From: an uncultured Chitinophagaceae bacterium
GTDB taxonomy: Bacteria; Bacteroidota; Bacteroidia; Chitinophagales; Chitinophagaceae
Direction of reading: 5' to 3'
DNA length: 64,000 bases
NCBI GenBank assembly: GCA_964422465.1
Contig: CAYRBD010000005.1
Span: 681-64,680 of the forward strand
The notes under the pieces are model-generated. The model made no database searches. It was not told the DNA's origin and was given only the letters and a program-made list of their open reading frames with translations. The position numbers and the translations under genes are program-made. This document shows, in pieces, positions 36,505 through 46,207 of the stretch (the first letter of the stretch is position 1; the number at the start of each line of letters is the position of its first letter).

Positions 36505-36512
36505 CAAATCTA
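36505..36512 (-). promoter_or_regulatory. -7 promoter box TAGATTTG for the patatin gene
   Basis: Plus-strand CAAATCTA lies 17 nt upstream of the ATG at 36488. Confidence 0.4.
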
Positions 36513-36562
36513 ACCCAAAAACCTGTTCTATTCAAATCAGGATAGGAACATCTGCATAGTAG

Positions 36563-37840
36563 CTACTCGTGGCGCAGAGCCATAATCGGATTCAGACGTG
36601 AGGCCTTAATCGCTGGATAAAGTCCCGAGACGATACCGACAAAAGTGCAGATAACAATTCCGATGCTGATAATCCCCCAAGGGATTACAAACCCTGCATT
36701 CATTAGTAGCGAAACCACGTTCCCAATCAGGATACCCAGAACAATACCAAAAAGGCCGCCAAGAAGGCTGATGATAATGGCTTCATAAAGAAACTGTCGC
36801 CGGATAGCAAAGTTTTTGGCTCCCATAGCCTTGGATACCCCAATCTCGCGGGTACGCTCTGCCACGGCCACCAGCATGATGTTCATCAACCCAATGGCCG
36901 ATCCGAAAAGCGTAATAAAGCCGATGAACAAAGCTGCTATTTTAACGCTCCCAATGCTGCTCATCAGGATATGGGCAAGGTTATCATTTTTGTTGATATA
37001 AAAATTATTGGCCTCATCAAAATGTAGCTTCCTAATAATGCGGAAGGTGCCGGTAGCTTCTCCGATGGCCTGCTCCAACTGCTCCATTTGAGCCACCTCC
37101 ACCCCTATTTGAAAAGAAGGGGCAGAACCGCTGAAAACCCTCCTTACGTTGTTGATGGAAGTAATAACAATATTATCTCCACTAAAAATATTACTGCTTC
37201 CTTTGGATTTGAGTACACCGAGGATGCGATAACGCCTGGAGCCAATACGGACGGTATTGTTTTCTATATTCTTCAAATGGTCTCCAAAAAGTTTTTTTGC
37301 CACATCCATTCCGATAATAGCCACATTGCGTCCGGAAGACAAATCCTGCATACTGAAATTACGCCCCATTTCTAACTCGTAGCCGTTCAATTTAAGATAA
37401 TTCTCATCGCCGCCTATAACTCTGACATTGGGATCGGTCTTTTTATCCGCATGGAAAACTGTTGCCATCCAGCCTCCTGATACAGATAAGCTAACGGTCG
37501 CCGGATAGTGAAACCTTTCTTTAAATTCTTTTGCCTGTAGGTAGCTGATCGGCTCATCCCTGCGAGAAGTTTCCTTCTTATCCTCATCGGTTTTCTTATT
37601 GCCTTTTTCAGCTTTCTTTCCTCCAAAATGGACGTTTAGTTCCCAATTTTGTATGGTAAAACCGTTCGCCCCCATGTTGGCAAAGTTGTTATAAATGGTA
37701 CTGCGGATACTGGCAATGGCCGTGAAAATACCAACTAATGCCATTATGCCGAATGCGATTATGGCAATAGTAAGAAGGGCCCGCAACCGATTTTTGCGTA
37801 CCGAATGAAAGGATAAATAAAGAATATCTTTTAAGCGCAT
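36563..37840 (-). CDS. ABC transporter permease, FtsX/MacB type
   Basis: N-terminal TM helix, a large MacB-like periplasmic domain, and a C-terminal FtsX 3-TM bundle (ERTREIGVSKAMGAK...). No adjacent ATPase on the same strand. Confidence 0.85.
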   Translation of the reverse strand: MRLKDILYLSFHSVRKNRLRALLTIAIIAFGIMALVGIFTAIASIRSTIYNNFANMGANGFTIQNWELNVHFGGKKAEKGNKKTDEDKKETSRRDEPISYLQAKEFKERFHYPATVSLSVSGGWMATVFHADKKTDPNVRVIGGDENYLKLNGYELEMGRNFSMQDLSSGRNVAIIGMDVAKKLFGDHLKNIENNTVRIGSRRYRILGVLKSKGSSNIFSGDNIVITSINNVRRVFSGSAPSFQIGVEVAQMEQLEQAIGEATGTFRIIRKLHFDEANNFYINKNDNLAHILMSSIGSVKIAALFIGFITLFGSAIGLMNIMLVAVAERTREIGVSKAMGAKNFAIRRQFLYEAIIISLLGGLFGIVLGILIGNVVSLLMNAGFVIPWGIISIGIVICTFVGIVSGLYPAIKASRLNPIMALRHE

Positions 37841-37958
37841 CGCGGATAAAGTTAAGGGTTAATTAAAAACCTGTCTATTTTTATTGCTTACTGCTTCATT
37901 TTAACACTTTTTTAAAAAGAAATTGTGCCGGGGAATTTCCAACATATTTGAAAATTTC

Positions 37959-37966
37959 TACTTTTG
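37959..37966 (+). promoter_or_regulatory. -7 promoter box TACTTTTG in the divergent region upstream of gldA
   Basis: Exact TAnnTTTG match 125 nt upstream of the ATG at 38091. The long leader makes this less certain. Confidence 0.3.
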
Positions 37967-38090
37967 CGCAACTACTTTTTTAAAAACAGACGAATACTCC
38001 TGTTTTTATTAACTCTTTAAGAAATTACGGTTCACCCTTTGGTTTATTGCTCGTGGTAGAAATATAATCTATCCCTCCTAAAAATGAGTT

Positions 38091-39017
38091 ATGGACATAC
38101 AGATTGAACAACTTACCAAAAAATATGATACTCAGATGGCGGTGGATCATATTTCCTTTGAAGCTAAGACCGGTGAAATACTGGGATTCCTCGGCCCCAA
38201 TGGCGCCGGAAAAAGTACTACCATGAAAATGATTACCGGTTATATCGGTATCGGAGCCGGCGATATCCGTATTGGCGGACAGTCTGTAAAAGAATACGCC
38301 GATCAGATGAAAACCCACATCGGGTATCTTCCGGAAAACAACCCGCTTTATCTGGATATGCCCGTTATAGACTATCTGCAATTTTGTGCGGCTCTTCAGG
38401 GAGTAAACAAAGCGGATATCCCTCCCAGAGTCCATTTGATGATCCTGCAGTGTGGGTTGAATTCGGAAAAACATAAGAACATTGGAGAACTTTCCAAAGG
38501 ATACCGCCAGCGTGTAGGTTTGGCACAAGCTATGATCCATGATCCGGATATCCTGATATTGGATGAACCGACTACCGGCCTGGACCCCAATCAGATCATT
38601 GAGATCAGACAATTAATCAAAAGGCTGGGAAAAGAAAAAACTGTAATTCTGAGTACCCATATTTTACCTGAGGTAGAAGCTACCTGCGACCGTATTTTGA
38701 TTATCAATAAGGGGAAGCTGGTTGCCAATGGCACCGCGGCTTCGCTAAGAGAACAAATGGCAGGAAGTGAGATATTAAAGGTTAAAATAGAAGAAGGAGA
38801 GCTGCCTCAAATCCAAAACATCCTCCTGAAAATACCTGAAATCTCCGAAGTGAAAATTTTAGAGGAGAACCGGCGTCTTGAAGTAACCTGCAGACAGGGA
38901 GAAGCCGCAAAAAGAGCTATTTTCCAATGCTGTGTGGCACAAAACTGGATACTGACCGAACTGATCCCGATAGAAACCCGGCTTGAAGATATTTTCCATA
39001 ATTTAACCCTTAACTGA
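38091..39017 (+). CDS. gldA: ABC transporter ATP-binding protein, GldA-type
   Basis: Walker A GPNGAGKST, signature LSKGYRQRV and Walker B ILILDEP. First gene of the ATPase / ABC-2 permease / GldG-like / DUF4340 operon. Confidence 0.8.
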   Translation: MDIQIEQLTKKYDTQMAVDHISFEAKTGEILGFLGPNGAGKSTTMKMITGYIGIGAGDIRIGGQSVKEYADQMKTHIGYLPENNPLYLDMPVIDYLQFCAALQGVNKADIPPRVHLMILQCGLNSEKHKNIGELSKGYRQRVGLAQAMIHDPDILILDEPTTGLDPNQIIEIRQLIKRLGKEKTVILSTHILPEVEATCDRILIINKGKLVANGTAASLREQMAGSEILKVKIEEGELPQIQNILLKIPEISEVKILEENRRLEVTCRQGEAAKRAIFQCCVAQNWILTELIPIETRLEDIFHNLTLN

Positions 39018-39018
39018 T

Positions 39019-39741
39019 ATGCGAGCAACCTGGATTATTACTAAAAAGGAGTTGGCATCCTTTTTTGATTCCCTGATCGCCTACATTATCCTTGTTTTGT
39101 TTCTTGGATTTAGCGGTTTCTTTACCTGGCTGTACGGCTCCAATGTTTTTTTTGTGGGACAGGCCAGTCTGGAAGCTTTTTTTAATGTGGCATTTTGGAC
39201 TTTATTCTTTTTTATCCCGGCCCTGACGATGCGCCTTTTAGCGGAAGAAAAGAAAACCGGTACGATAGAACTATTGCTTACCAAGGCAGTAACTGACAAG
39301 CAAGTGGTGTTCGGGAAATTTCTGGCGACAATGCTGCTTATTGTAATTGCACTGCTGTTTACGCTGCCTTATGTGATTACCATTTCAAGCCTTGGCAACC
39401 TGGACGTGGGACAGGTATTATGCGGCTATCTGGGGTTGATCCTGATGAGCGCTGCTTATGCGGGTATAGGAATCTTTACCAGCAGTATAACCGGTAACCA
39501 GATTGTGGCCTTCCTGACGGCCTTGTTTATTGGCTTGTTTTTTCACCTGATCTTTGGGATGCTGGCTCAAAATTTTTCAGGCCTTGCCGGGCAGATATTT
39601 CAATACCTGAGTCTTTCTTATCACTTTCAGAGCATTTCCAGAGGCGTCCTGGATACACGTGATGTACTGTACTTTTTATCTATTGCATATATAGGGCTTC
39701 TGTTAGCCGAATTTTCTCTAACCAAAAGGATCACGGATTAA
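39019..39741 (+). CDS. gldF: ABC-2 type permease, GldF-type
   Basis: 240 aa with 6 TM helices and the LLAEEKKTGTIELLLT motif typical of ABC-2/GldF. The start lies 1 nt after the gldA stop. Confidence 0.8.
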   Translation: MRATWIITKKELASFFDSLIAYIILVLFLGFSGFFTWLYGSNVFFVGQASLEAFFNVAFWTLFFFIPALTMRLLAEEKKTGTIELLLTKAVTDKQVVFGKFLATMLLIVIALLFTLPYVITISSLGNLDVGQVLCGYLGLILMSAAYAGIGIFTSSITGNQIVAFLTALFIGLFFHLIFGMLAQNFSGLAGQIFQYLSLSYHFQSISRGVLDTRDVLYFLSIAYIGLLLAEFSLTKRITD

Positions 39742-39745
39742 TAGC

Positions 39746-41275
39746 ATGAAATCAAAGTTATATACTTCCTTAGCCTTCCTGATTGGTATTGTGATTTTTA
39801 TCAACCTGCTGTCAACCGAATATCATTTGCGGCTGGACCTGACTGAAGGTGGACAATACACGCTGAGCCAGGCTACAAGAAACATTTTAAAGGACCTGCA
39901 GAAGCCGGTAACCATAAAAGCGTATTTTTCCAAAGACCTGCCTCCCCGGATTTTGAAAGCCCGGCAGGATTTTAAGGATTTGCTGGTGGAATACGCCAAC
40001 CGCTCCAACGGGATGGTGATGTATAAGTTTATAGATCCGGCACAATCTCAGGATGTAGAACAGGAAGTGGGTAAAGATGGAATTCGCCCGGTCATGATTA
40101 ATGTGCGGGAAAAAGACCAGATGAAGCAGCAGAAGGCTTATATGGGAGCGGTGGTGCTCTTAGGAAAGAAAAAAGAAGTTATTCCCTTCATCCAGCCGGG
40201 CGCACCCATGGAATACCAGTTGTCCAGCGCCATAAAAAAAATGACCATAAGAAGAAAACCGGTTATAGGTTTCCTGCAGGGACAAGGAGAGCCTTCGCTT
40301 TCAGAAATGAACCAGGCTGAACAGCAGATGCAGATTCTGTATCAGCCTCAGCAGATAACGCTTTCAGATACCCAGGCGATACCGCCTGATGTTAAAACGC
40401 TGGCCATCATTGCTCCTACCGATAGTTTTACCCGTACCGATTTCGATCAGATCAATCACTTTTTGGCCAGAGGAGGCCGTTTGCTGGTAGCCATTAACCG
40501 GGTAAATGTAAACATGAGAATGGGACAGGGCATGCCGGTATCTACGGGCCTGGAGGGCTGGTTGAGCCGGAAGGGAATCCGGGTGTGGCCCAATTTTGTC
40601 ATTGATGCGCAATGTGGAGCGGTTACTGTTCCTCAGCAACAAGGTCCTTTTTCTTTTAACAGCAGTATTTCCTTTCCTTATTTTCCCATGATCAGCAATT
40701 TTGCCAAAAGCCCGGTTACTTCCGGACTGGAAAGTGTCTTACTGCGTTTTGGAAGTAGCATGAACTATACGGGGGACAGCACTCTTACTTTTACGCCATT
40801 GGCTTTCACCTCCAAAAGATCTGATACGCTGCCCACTCCACAATTTATCAATATTCAGCGGCAATGGACTCAGCATGATTTTACCCAAAGCAAATTGATT
40901 GTGGCCGCATCTCTGGAAGGCAATATTTCCGGGCTGGATAGCGCTCAAAATACAAAAATGGTGGTCATCGGAGATGGTGATTTTGCAGTAAACGGCCCGC
41001 CCCGCCAGGCTCAGCAACTTAATCCTGATAATGTAAGCTTTCTGGTAAATGCAATAGACTGGTTATCGGATGATACCGGCCTGATCGGATTGCGAACTAA
41101 GAATATTACTTCCAGGCCCATTGAACAGGTTAGTGATTCTACCCGGACTTTATTAAAATATCTTAATTTTCTGTTGCCGGTTCTATTGGCAGTTGCCTAT
41201 GGGATCATCAGAGCCCGTCAGAACCGGATCAAAAGACTACAAAGAATGAAAGAGAACTATGAAACAACTGAATAA
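39746..41275 (+). CDS. gldG: GldG-type ABC transporter auxiliary component
   Basis: N- and C-terminal TM anchors flank a large periplasmic domain (ABC_transp_aux-like). Its position after gldF fits. Confidence 0.75.
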   Translation: MKSKLYTSLAFLIGIVIFINLLSTEYHLRLDLTEGGQYTLSQATRNILKDLQKPVTIKAYFSKDLPPRILKARQDFKDLLVEYANRSNGMVMYKFIDPAQSQDVEQEVGKDGIRPVMINVREKDQMKQQKAYMGAVVLLGKKKEVIPFIQPGAPMEYQLSSAIKKMTIRRKPVIGFLQGQGEPSLSEMNQAEQQMQILYQPQQITLSDTQAIPPDVKTLAIIAPTDSFTRTDFDQINHFLARGGRLLVAINRVNVNMRMGQGMPVSTGLEGWLSRKGIRVWPNFVIDAQCGAVTVPQQQGPFSFNSSISFPYFPMISNFAKSPVTSGLESVLLRFGSSMNYTGDSTLTFTPLAFTSKRSDTLPTPQFINIQRQWTQHDFTQSKLIVAASLEGNISGLDSAQNTKMVVIGDGDFAVNGPPRQAQQLNPDNVSFLVNAIDWLSDDTGLIGLRTKNITSRPIEQVSDSTRTLLKYLNFLLPVLLAVAYGIIRARQNRIKRLQRMKENYETTE

Positions 41276-42185
41276 TAAGACTTTAGGCCTCATTCTGGTA
41301 ATTCTGGCCGTGGTGTTTATCGGTACCAAAGCTTTTCGAGCTCCGGGAGATACCAATGTGCAGCGTGAATTGTTTCAGACAGATACCTCGCTGATCACCA
41401 AAATCGTGATTTATCCTCAGAAACAAAACCAAAAAAGGCTCCATTTGATCAAAAGTGGTTCCCGATGGCAGGTCGTACAGGGAAGCCACTCCGTGCCGGC
41501 ATCCGAGAATACAGTAAAAAGCCTGCTCCGGGCTCTTTCGTATGTGGGCATAAAAAGAGTGGTTTCGCGTAATAAAAAGGATTGGAACGATTACAATGTA
41601 GGAGATTCAGCCGCTACGCACTTACAGGTATTTGCCGGAGACCATCCTCTGCTGGACTGCTGGGTAGGCGCTTCTTCCCAGGGAACCGGCCCTTATGCAC
41701 AAACAGCTACTTACGTCCGAATGGATAGCCTGCCGGAAGTATATGAAACCCAGGGTTATCTGGCCTCTGTAGCTAATAAAAGCTTTGATGACTGGCGGAA
41801 TCATGAATTTTTAAGGTTAAATAAAAATACCATTTCCGGATTGCAATTTCATTATCCTGCAGACAGTGGCTTTACAGCCCTCAAAAAAGATTCGGTGTGG
41901 TTGATTGCCGGCCAAAAAGCCGACTCCGCCAAAATGGCCTCCTATTTAAATACGCTCAGTTCTCAGAATTTATCCTCCTTTGCAGATTCGTTTACTCCTT
42001 CCGGAGAGCCTGATATGAAAATTCAAATCCAGGGTGCACAAGAAACGGAGGTAAGTGCATGGCAACAGGACAGCAGCTGGGTACTTGAATCCTCCCAGCG
42101 TCCGGGCATTTATTTTAACAGTAATAAGGCGGGTATAATCAGTAAACTGATGGTAGGTAAAAAGGCCCTTCTTCCGGGCGAATAA
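41259..42185 (+). CDS. DUF4340-like protein, fourth gene of the gld ABC operon
   Basis: N-terminal anchor LGLILVILAVVFIG. The start overlaps the gldG 3' end by 17 nt. DUF4340 genes typically follow gldG. Confidence 0.6.
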   Translation: MKQLNNKTLGLILVILAVVFIGTKAFRAPGDTNVQRELFQTDTSLITKIVIYPQKQNQKRLHLIKSGSRWQVVQGSHSVPASENTVKSLLRALSYVGIKRVVSRNKKDWNDYNVGDSAATHLQVFAGDHPLLDCWVGASSQGTGPYAQTATYVRMDSLPEVYETQGYLASVANKSFDDWRNHEFLRLNKNTISGLQFHYPADSGFTALKKDSVWLIAGQKADSAKMASYLNTLSSQNLSSFADSFTPSGEPDMKIQIQGAQETEVSAWQQDSSWVLESSQRPGIYFNSNKAGIISKLMVGKKALLPGE

Positions 42186-42288
42186 GGTATTAATATTCCA
42201 TGAAACCCCTCCTTTCTTAAAGAAAATGAAGAAATTGTAGCCTTAAAATCAGAAAAAAGTTACATTAGCACAAAATTGACTTAAGCAA

Positions 42289-43068
42289 ATGGAATATGAG
42301 ATAAAACAAAAAGGAAAATTTAAATACGTGGAAGAAGGGGAGGGCGAGCCTTTGGTATTGCTTCATGGCTTGTTTGGCGCCCTGAGCAACTTTAAGGATC
42401 TCATTGCGTATTTCAAAAATGATTATAAGGTTATTGTCCCGCTGCTTCCATTATATGACTTAAAAATACTGGACACCACTGTAGGTGGTCTTGCTAAATT
42501 TGTACGTCGTTTTATTGATTCCATGGATTACCGGGATATTCACCTGCTGGGCAATTCGCTGGGGGGGCATGTATGCCTGGTATATGTTTTAAAGAATCCG
42601 GAGAGAATTAAATCGGTTATTCTCACCGGCAGTTCCGGTCTTTTTGAAAACGGGATGGGCGAGACTTATCCCAAACGGGGAGATTATGATTATATCCGCA
42701 AGAAAACAGAACTCACTTTTTATGATCCGGAAGTAGCTACTAAGGAGTTGGTTGATGAAGTTTTTGAGATCGTGAACAACCGTTTGAAGGTAATTAAAAT
42801 TATCTCTTTGGCCAAGTCGGCAATACGTCATAACTTAGGAGAAGAATTGAGAGATATAAAAGTGCCTACCCTGTTAATCTGGGGACAAAATGACACCATC
42901 ACTCCGCCGATGGTTGCGGAAGAGTTTAACAGGCTGATCCCCAATTCTGAACTGTTTTTTATCAACCATTGCGGGCATGCCCCTATGATGGAAGTACCAA
43001 GAGAATTTAACATTATCCTGGAAAATTTTCTGAAAAAACAGAAAATAGAAAACGCCGAAAAAAAATGA
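42289..43068 (+). CDS. Alpha/beta hydrolase
   Basis: HGLFG oxyanion region, nucleophile elbow GNSLGG, and a C-terminal catalytic His in NHCGHAPM. Confidence 0.85.
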   Translation: MEYEIKQKGKFKYVEEGEGEPLVLLHGLFGALSNFKDLIAYFKNDYKVIVPLLPLYDLKILDTTVGGLAKFVRRFIDSMDYRDIHLLGNSLGGHVCLVYVLKNPERIKSVILTGSSGLFENGMGETYPKRGDYDYIRKKTELTFYDPEVATKELVDEVFEIVNNRLKVIKIISLAKSAIRHNLGEELRDIKVPTLLIWGQNDTITPPMVAEEFNRLIPNSELFFINHCGHAPMMEVPREFNIILENFLKKQKIENAEKK

Positions 43069-43078
43069 AATTAATGCT

Positions 43079-43741
43079 ATGCTTGCCCTTGATCTCATAT
43101 CGTCAGCCGTTCCGGTACTTTCTCCTGAAGACACCGTAGGCCGTGCATTGGGTTTGATGAGCGAGTTTCACACAAGCGAGTTGCCTGTTGTAGAAGATCG
43201 TCGTTACCTGGGGCTGGTGGAAGAAGAGCATTTACTGGATGCGGAAACAATGGAAGAACAACTGTCCGATCACCTGCTCACGGTTTTCAAACCGGCCGTC
43301 CAGGCAGATGTTCATTTTTTTGAGGCCTTAAAGATTTCCGGCGATTATAACCTGAGTTTGCTGCCGGTGGTGGAACAGCAGAATAACTATGTCGGCGCTA
43401 TAACTTCCGGGAAACTCCTGAATGCTGTTTCCCGCTTCAAAGGCATCCAACAGCCCGGTGGTATCCTGGTATTGAGGATGAAACCGAAGGACTACATGCT
43501 TTCGGAAATTGCCCGCATCGCAGAAGCCGAAGACATCTTTTTACTGGGCATTCATACCTTGGCAGAACCGGATACCGGAACGTTAAAAATAATCCTGAAA
43601 ACAAACCATCCGAACCTGAGCGCTTTTGTGGCCTCCCTTCAACAGTTAGATTATGAAGTGGTCTATCGCTTTGATACTTCGGAGAATACCGAAAGCATTC
43701 AGCGTAATTATGACAACCTGATGAATTACATAAATATGTAG
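43079..43741 (+). CDS. CBS domain-containing protein
   Basis: Tandem CBS-like repeats (ELPVVEDRRYLGLVEEEHLL, LSLLPVVEQQNNYVGAITSGKLL). Lies upstream of the nadK cluster, a position common in Bacteroidota. Confidence 0.7.
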   Translation: MLALDLISSAVPVLSPEDTVGRALGLMSEFHTSELPVVEDRRYLGLVEEEHLLDAETMEEQLSDHLLTVFKPAVQADVHFFEALKISGDYNLSLLPVVEQQNNYVGAITSGKLLNAVSRFKGIQQPGGILVLRMKPKDYMLSEIARIAEAEDIFLLGIHTLAEPDTGTLKIILKTNHPNLSAFVASLQQLDYEVVYRFDTSENTESIQRNYDNLMNYINM

Positions 43742-43812
43742 GGAAAGCTCTTTTTTCCCCGATTAGTACTAATTTTACCCGGTACCTACATTTACAATAG
43801 CAGAAACGATTT

Positions 43813-45294
43813 ATGTTGAGGAAGATTTCCGCGCTGTTTATTCTTTTTATCCTTGCTTTTTTGCAATTAAATGCGCAGAAGAAACGCGAGCCCTGGATTA
43901 CGATTACCCCGATCCGGGAGCCGGCCTCCTCACCTGCCATTTATAACCATCCCGGCAAGCCCCAACCTAATGACACTTCCTTTCTGATCATCGGCCACAT
44001 AAACATTGATGGCAACAAGCGCACAAAACGCGATATTATTCTGCGGGAACTCAACCTGCATCCCGGCGACACCCTTTATGCCGACCGGCTGGGGACCACC
44101 CTGGAAGAAAAAAGACAGCAACTGCTTAACTCCTCCCTATTCCTTACGGTCAATATTTATCCGGTTAATACCTGGCTGCATCATTCAGACATCAACGTGG
44201 AAGTGCTGGAGCGGCAATATTTTCTCATCCTGCCTTCGCTAAGCCTAGCCGATCGGAACTTTAATGTCTGGTGGGTTAAGCATGACCATAAGCTGAACCG
44301 GCTCAACTACGGAATAAAATTATATGAAAACAACCTTACCGGCAATAAAGACCGCCTTGAATTTACAGGTACAACGGGCTATACCCATCTCTATGCGCTG
44401 TCTTACAACCTGCCCTACTTTGATAAGGCCTATAAACAAGGTATGGGTATTGACCTTGTTTTCAGCCACAACCGCGAAATTAATTACGCAATTGATTCCA
44501 ACAGACAAATTTTTTACAGGCATAACCGATTTCTAAAACAAGATTTTAAACTGGGTCTGCATTATACCTACAAAAAAGCAATACGGCTAAAACACACGCT
44601 TTCCCTCTCTTACAACAGTTCCAAAATAAAAGATACGGTATTGAAACTCAATCCCCATTTCTTTCCAAATAAGAAACGCTCTCAAAAATACATGAGGCTC
44701 GATTACAATTTCAATTACAAGGGGACCGATATCTGGACGTATCCACTCCACGGCTATAGCATTGACGCCACCTTGTCCCGCCTGGGATTCGGTTTGCTGG
44801 GAAAAATTAATGAAACCGAATTTATTGTAAATGCAAGTAAATACTGGCAACTCTTTTCAAAAACCTTTGGAGAAACAAAGTTTATAGGCAACATTCATTT
44901 TCCGGGGGAACAACCCTATTTTTTATTTAAAGGGATGGGATATAACGGACAATACCTGAGAGGACTGGAATATTATGTAACAGAAGGGGATCGCTTTGGC
45001 ATATTGTACAACACCCTGAAACAACAGATATTTGCTTTTCGAGTGCATTCCCGAATGCTTCCCGATGAATTTGCCAACATTCCCATTCGTATGTATTTTA
45101 AAATATATGGCGATTTGGGGTACAACCACTCCTCCATACCGGAAGTTCACGACAGGCTGGCCAACAAACTGTTGTATTCTTATGGAATGGGACTTGATAT
45201 TGTTACCTTTTATGATGCCGTGTTGCGGGTAGAATACAGCATTAACCTGTTAGGTGAAAAAGGCCTATTTTTACACTTTCAATCCGCTTTTTGA
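43813..45294 (+). CDS. BamA/TamA-like outer membrane protein with a POTRA domain
   Basis: Signal peptide ending NAQ, a POTRA-like segment (INIDGNKRTKRDIILRELNLHPGDTL), and a C-terminal barrel ending in F. Confidence 0.7.
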   Translation: MLRKISALFILFILAFLQLNAQKKREPWITITPIREPASSPAIYNHPGKPQPNDTSFLIIGHINIDGNKRTKRDIILRELNLHPGDTLYADRLGTTLEEKRQQLLNSSLFLTVNIYPVNTWLHHSDINVEVLERQYFLILPSLSLADRNFNVWWVKHDHKLNRLNYGIKLYENNLTGNKDRLEFTGTTGYTHLYALSYNLPYFDKAYKQGMGIDLVFSHNREINYAIDSNRQIFYRHNRFLKQDFKLGLHYTYKKAIRLKHTLSLSYNSSKIKDTVLKLNPHFFPNKKRSQKYMRLDYNFNYKGTDIWTYPLHGYSIDATLSRLGFGLLGKINETEFIVNASKYWQLFSKTFGETKFIGNIHFPGEQPYFLFKGMGYNGQYLRGLEYYVTEGDRFGILYNTLKQQIFAFRVHSRMLPDEFANIPIRMYFKIYGDLGYNHSSIPEVHDRLANKLLYSYGMGLDIVTFYDAVLRVEYSINLLGEKGLFLHFQSAF

Positions 45295-45328
45295 CAAGGC
45301 TTAAAAGATTGCTAAAACAAAGGGACTC

Positions 45329-46207
45329 ATGCAAATTGCCATTTATAGCAGACCTACTTCAGACGTGGAAGCCTCTAACCTCCAGGAACTATTGGATCAG
45401 TTGACCCCTTTCCAAATTACACCGGTTATTTATAAACCTTTTTATGAACTGGCTTTGCCGCAGTTAACCGGTCATCAGCATCATGACACCTTCAGCGACT
45501 CTGAAGATTTGAGCGAACAGACTGAATTTATGGTCAGTATGGGAGGCGATGGCACCCTTCTAGATTCTTTATGTTATGTCAAAAATAAGGATATCCCCAT
45601 CATTGGCATCAATTTCGGAAGGCTGGGTTTTTTATCCGAAATGGGGAAACATGATATGGATGAACTCGTACAGTCACTGATCAACAGAACCTATCAGATA
45701 GACCGGCGCCCGCTTATTCACCTGGATTCCAATATCCCCCTCTTTGGCGACATCCCTTACGGCCTGAATGAGTTCGCCATCCACAAGAAAGATACGTCCG
45801 CCATGATCAAGATACATACTTTTATAAATGGTGAATTTTTGAATACCTATTGGGCAGACGGCCTTATAATATCCACACCTACCGGCTCTACCGCCTATTC
45901 GCTAAGTTGTGGCGGCCCCATTGTTTTCCCCGATGCCAGCAGTTTCGTAATTACCCCCGTGGCACCTCATAACCTGAATGTAAGGCCTATTGTCGTGCCG
46001 GACGACAATGTGATCTCCTTTGAAATAGAAGGCCGCAGCGACCAATTTTTATGCACACTTGATTCGCGGATTGAAACGGTAGATAACCAGGTTCAACTGG
46101 CCGTTCGTAAAGAAGATTTTACCCTGGGGCTTTTGCGCAGAAGTGATAATAATTTTTTAACTACCTTACGAAATAAACTGCTCTGGGGTATTGATAAAAG
46201 AAATTAA
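45329..46207 (+). CDS. nadK: NAD kinase
   Basis: GGDGT motif (MVSMGGDGTLL) plus NEFAI and STPTGSTAYSLSCGGPIV motifs. Confidence 0.95.
   Translation: MQIAIYSRPTSDVEASNLQELLDQLTPFQITPVIYKPFYELALPQLTGHQHHDTFSDSEDLSEQTEFMVSMGGDGTLLDSLCYVKNKDIPIIGINFGRLGFLSEMGKHDMDELVQSLINRTYQIDRRPLIHLDSNIPLFGDIPYGLNEFAIHKKDTSAMIKIHTFINGEFLNTYWADGLIISTPTGSTAYSLSCGGPIVFPDASSFVITPVAPHNLNVRPIVVPDDNVISFEIEGRSDQFLCTLDSRIETVDNQVQLAVRKEDFTLGLLRRSDNNFLTTLRNKLLWGIDKRN

Noticed and set aside
38025-38612. 195 aa ORF antisense to gldA.
   Set aside because: It overlaps an ABC ATPase with intact Walker and signature motifs, which is the typical shadow ORF of a conserved gene.
43762-43773. Perfect 12 nt palindrome ATTAGTACTAAT upstream of the BamA-like gene. 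It shares the TTAGTA/TACTAA words with the candidate LexA-like operator.
   Set aside because: The half-sites are arranged in the opposite orientation with no spacer, so it is not the same site architecture. A single occurrence may be coincidental.
43437-43940. 167 aa minus-strand ORF spanning the CBS gene end, the intergenic gap and the BamA-like gene start.
   Set aside because: It overlaps two well-supported plus-strand genes. The protein is Cys/Arg-rich nonsense-like sequence.
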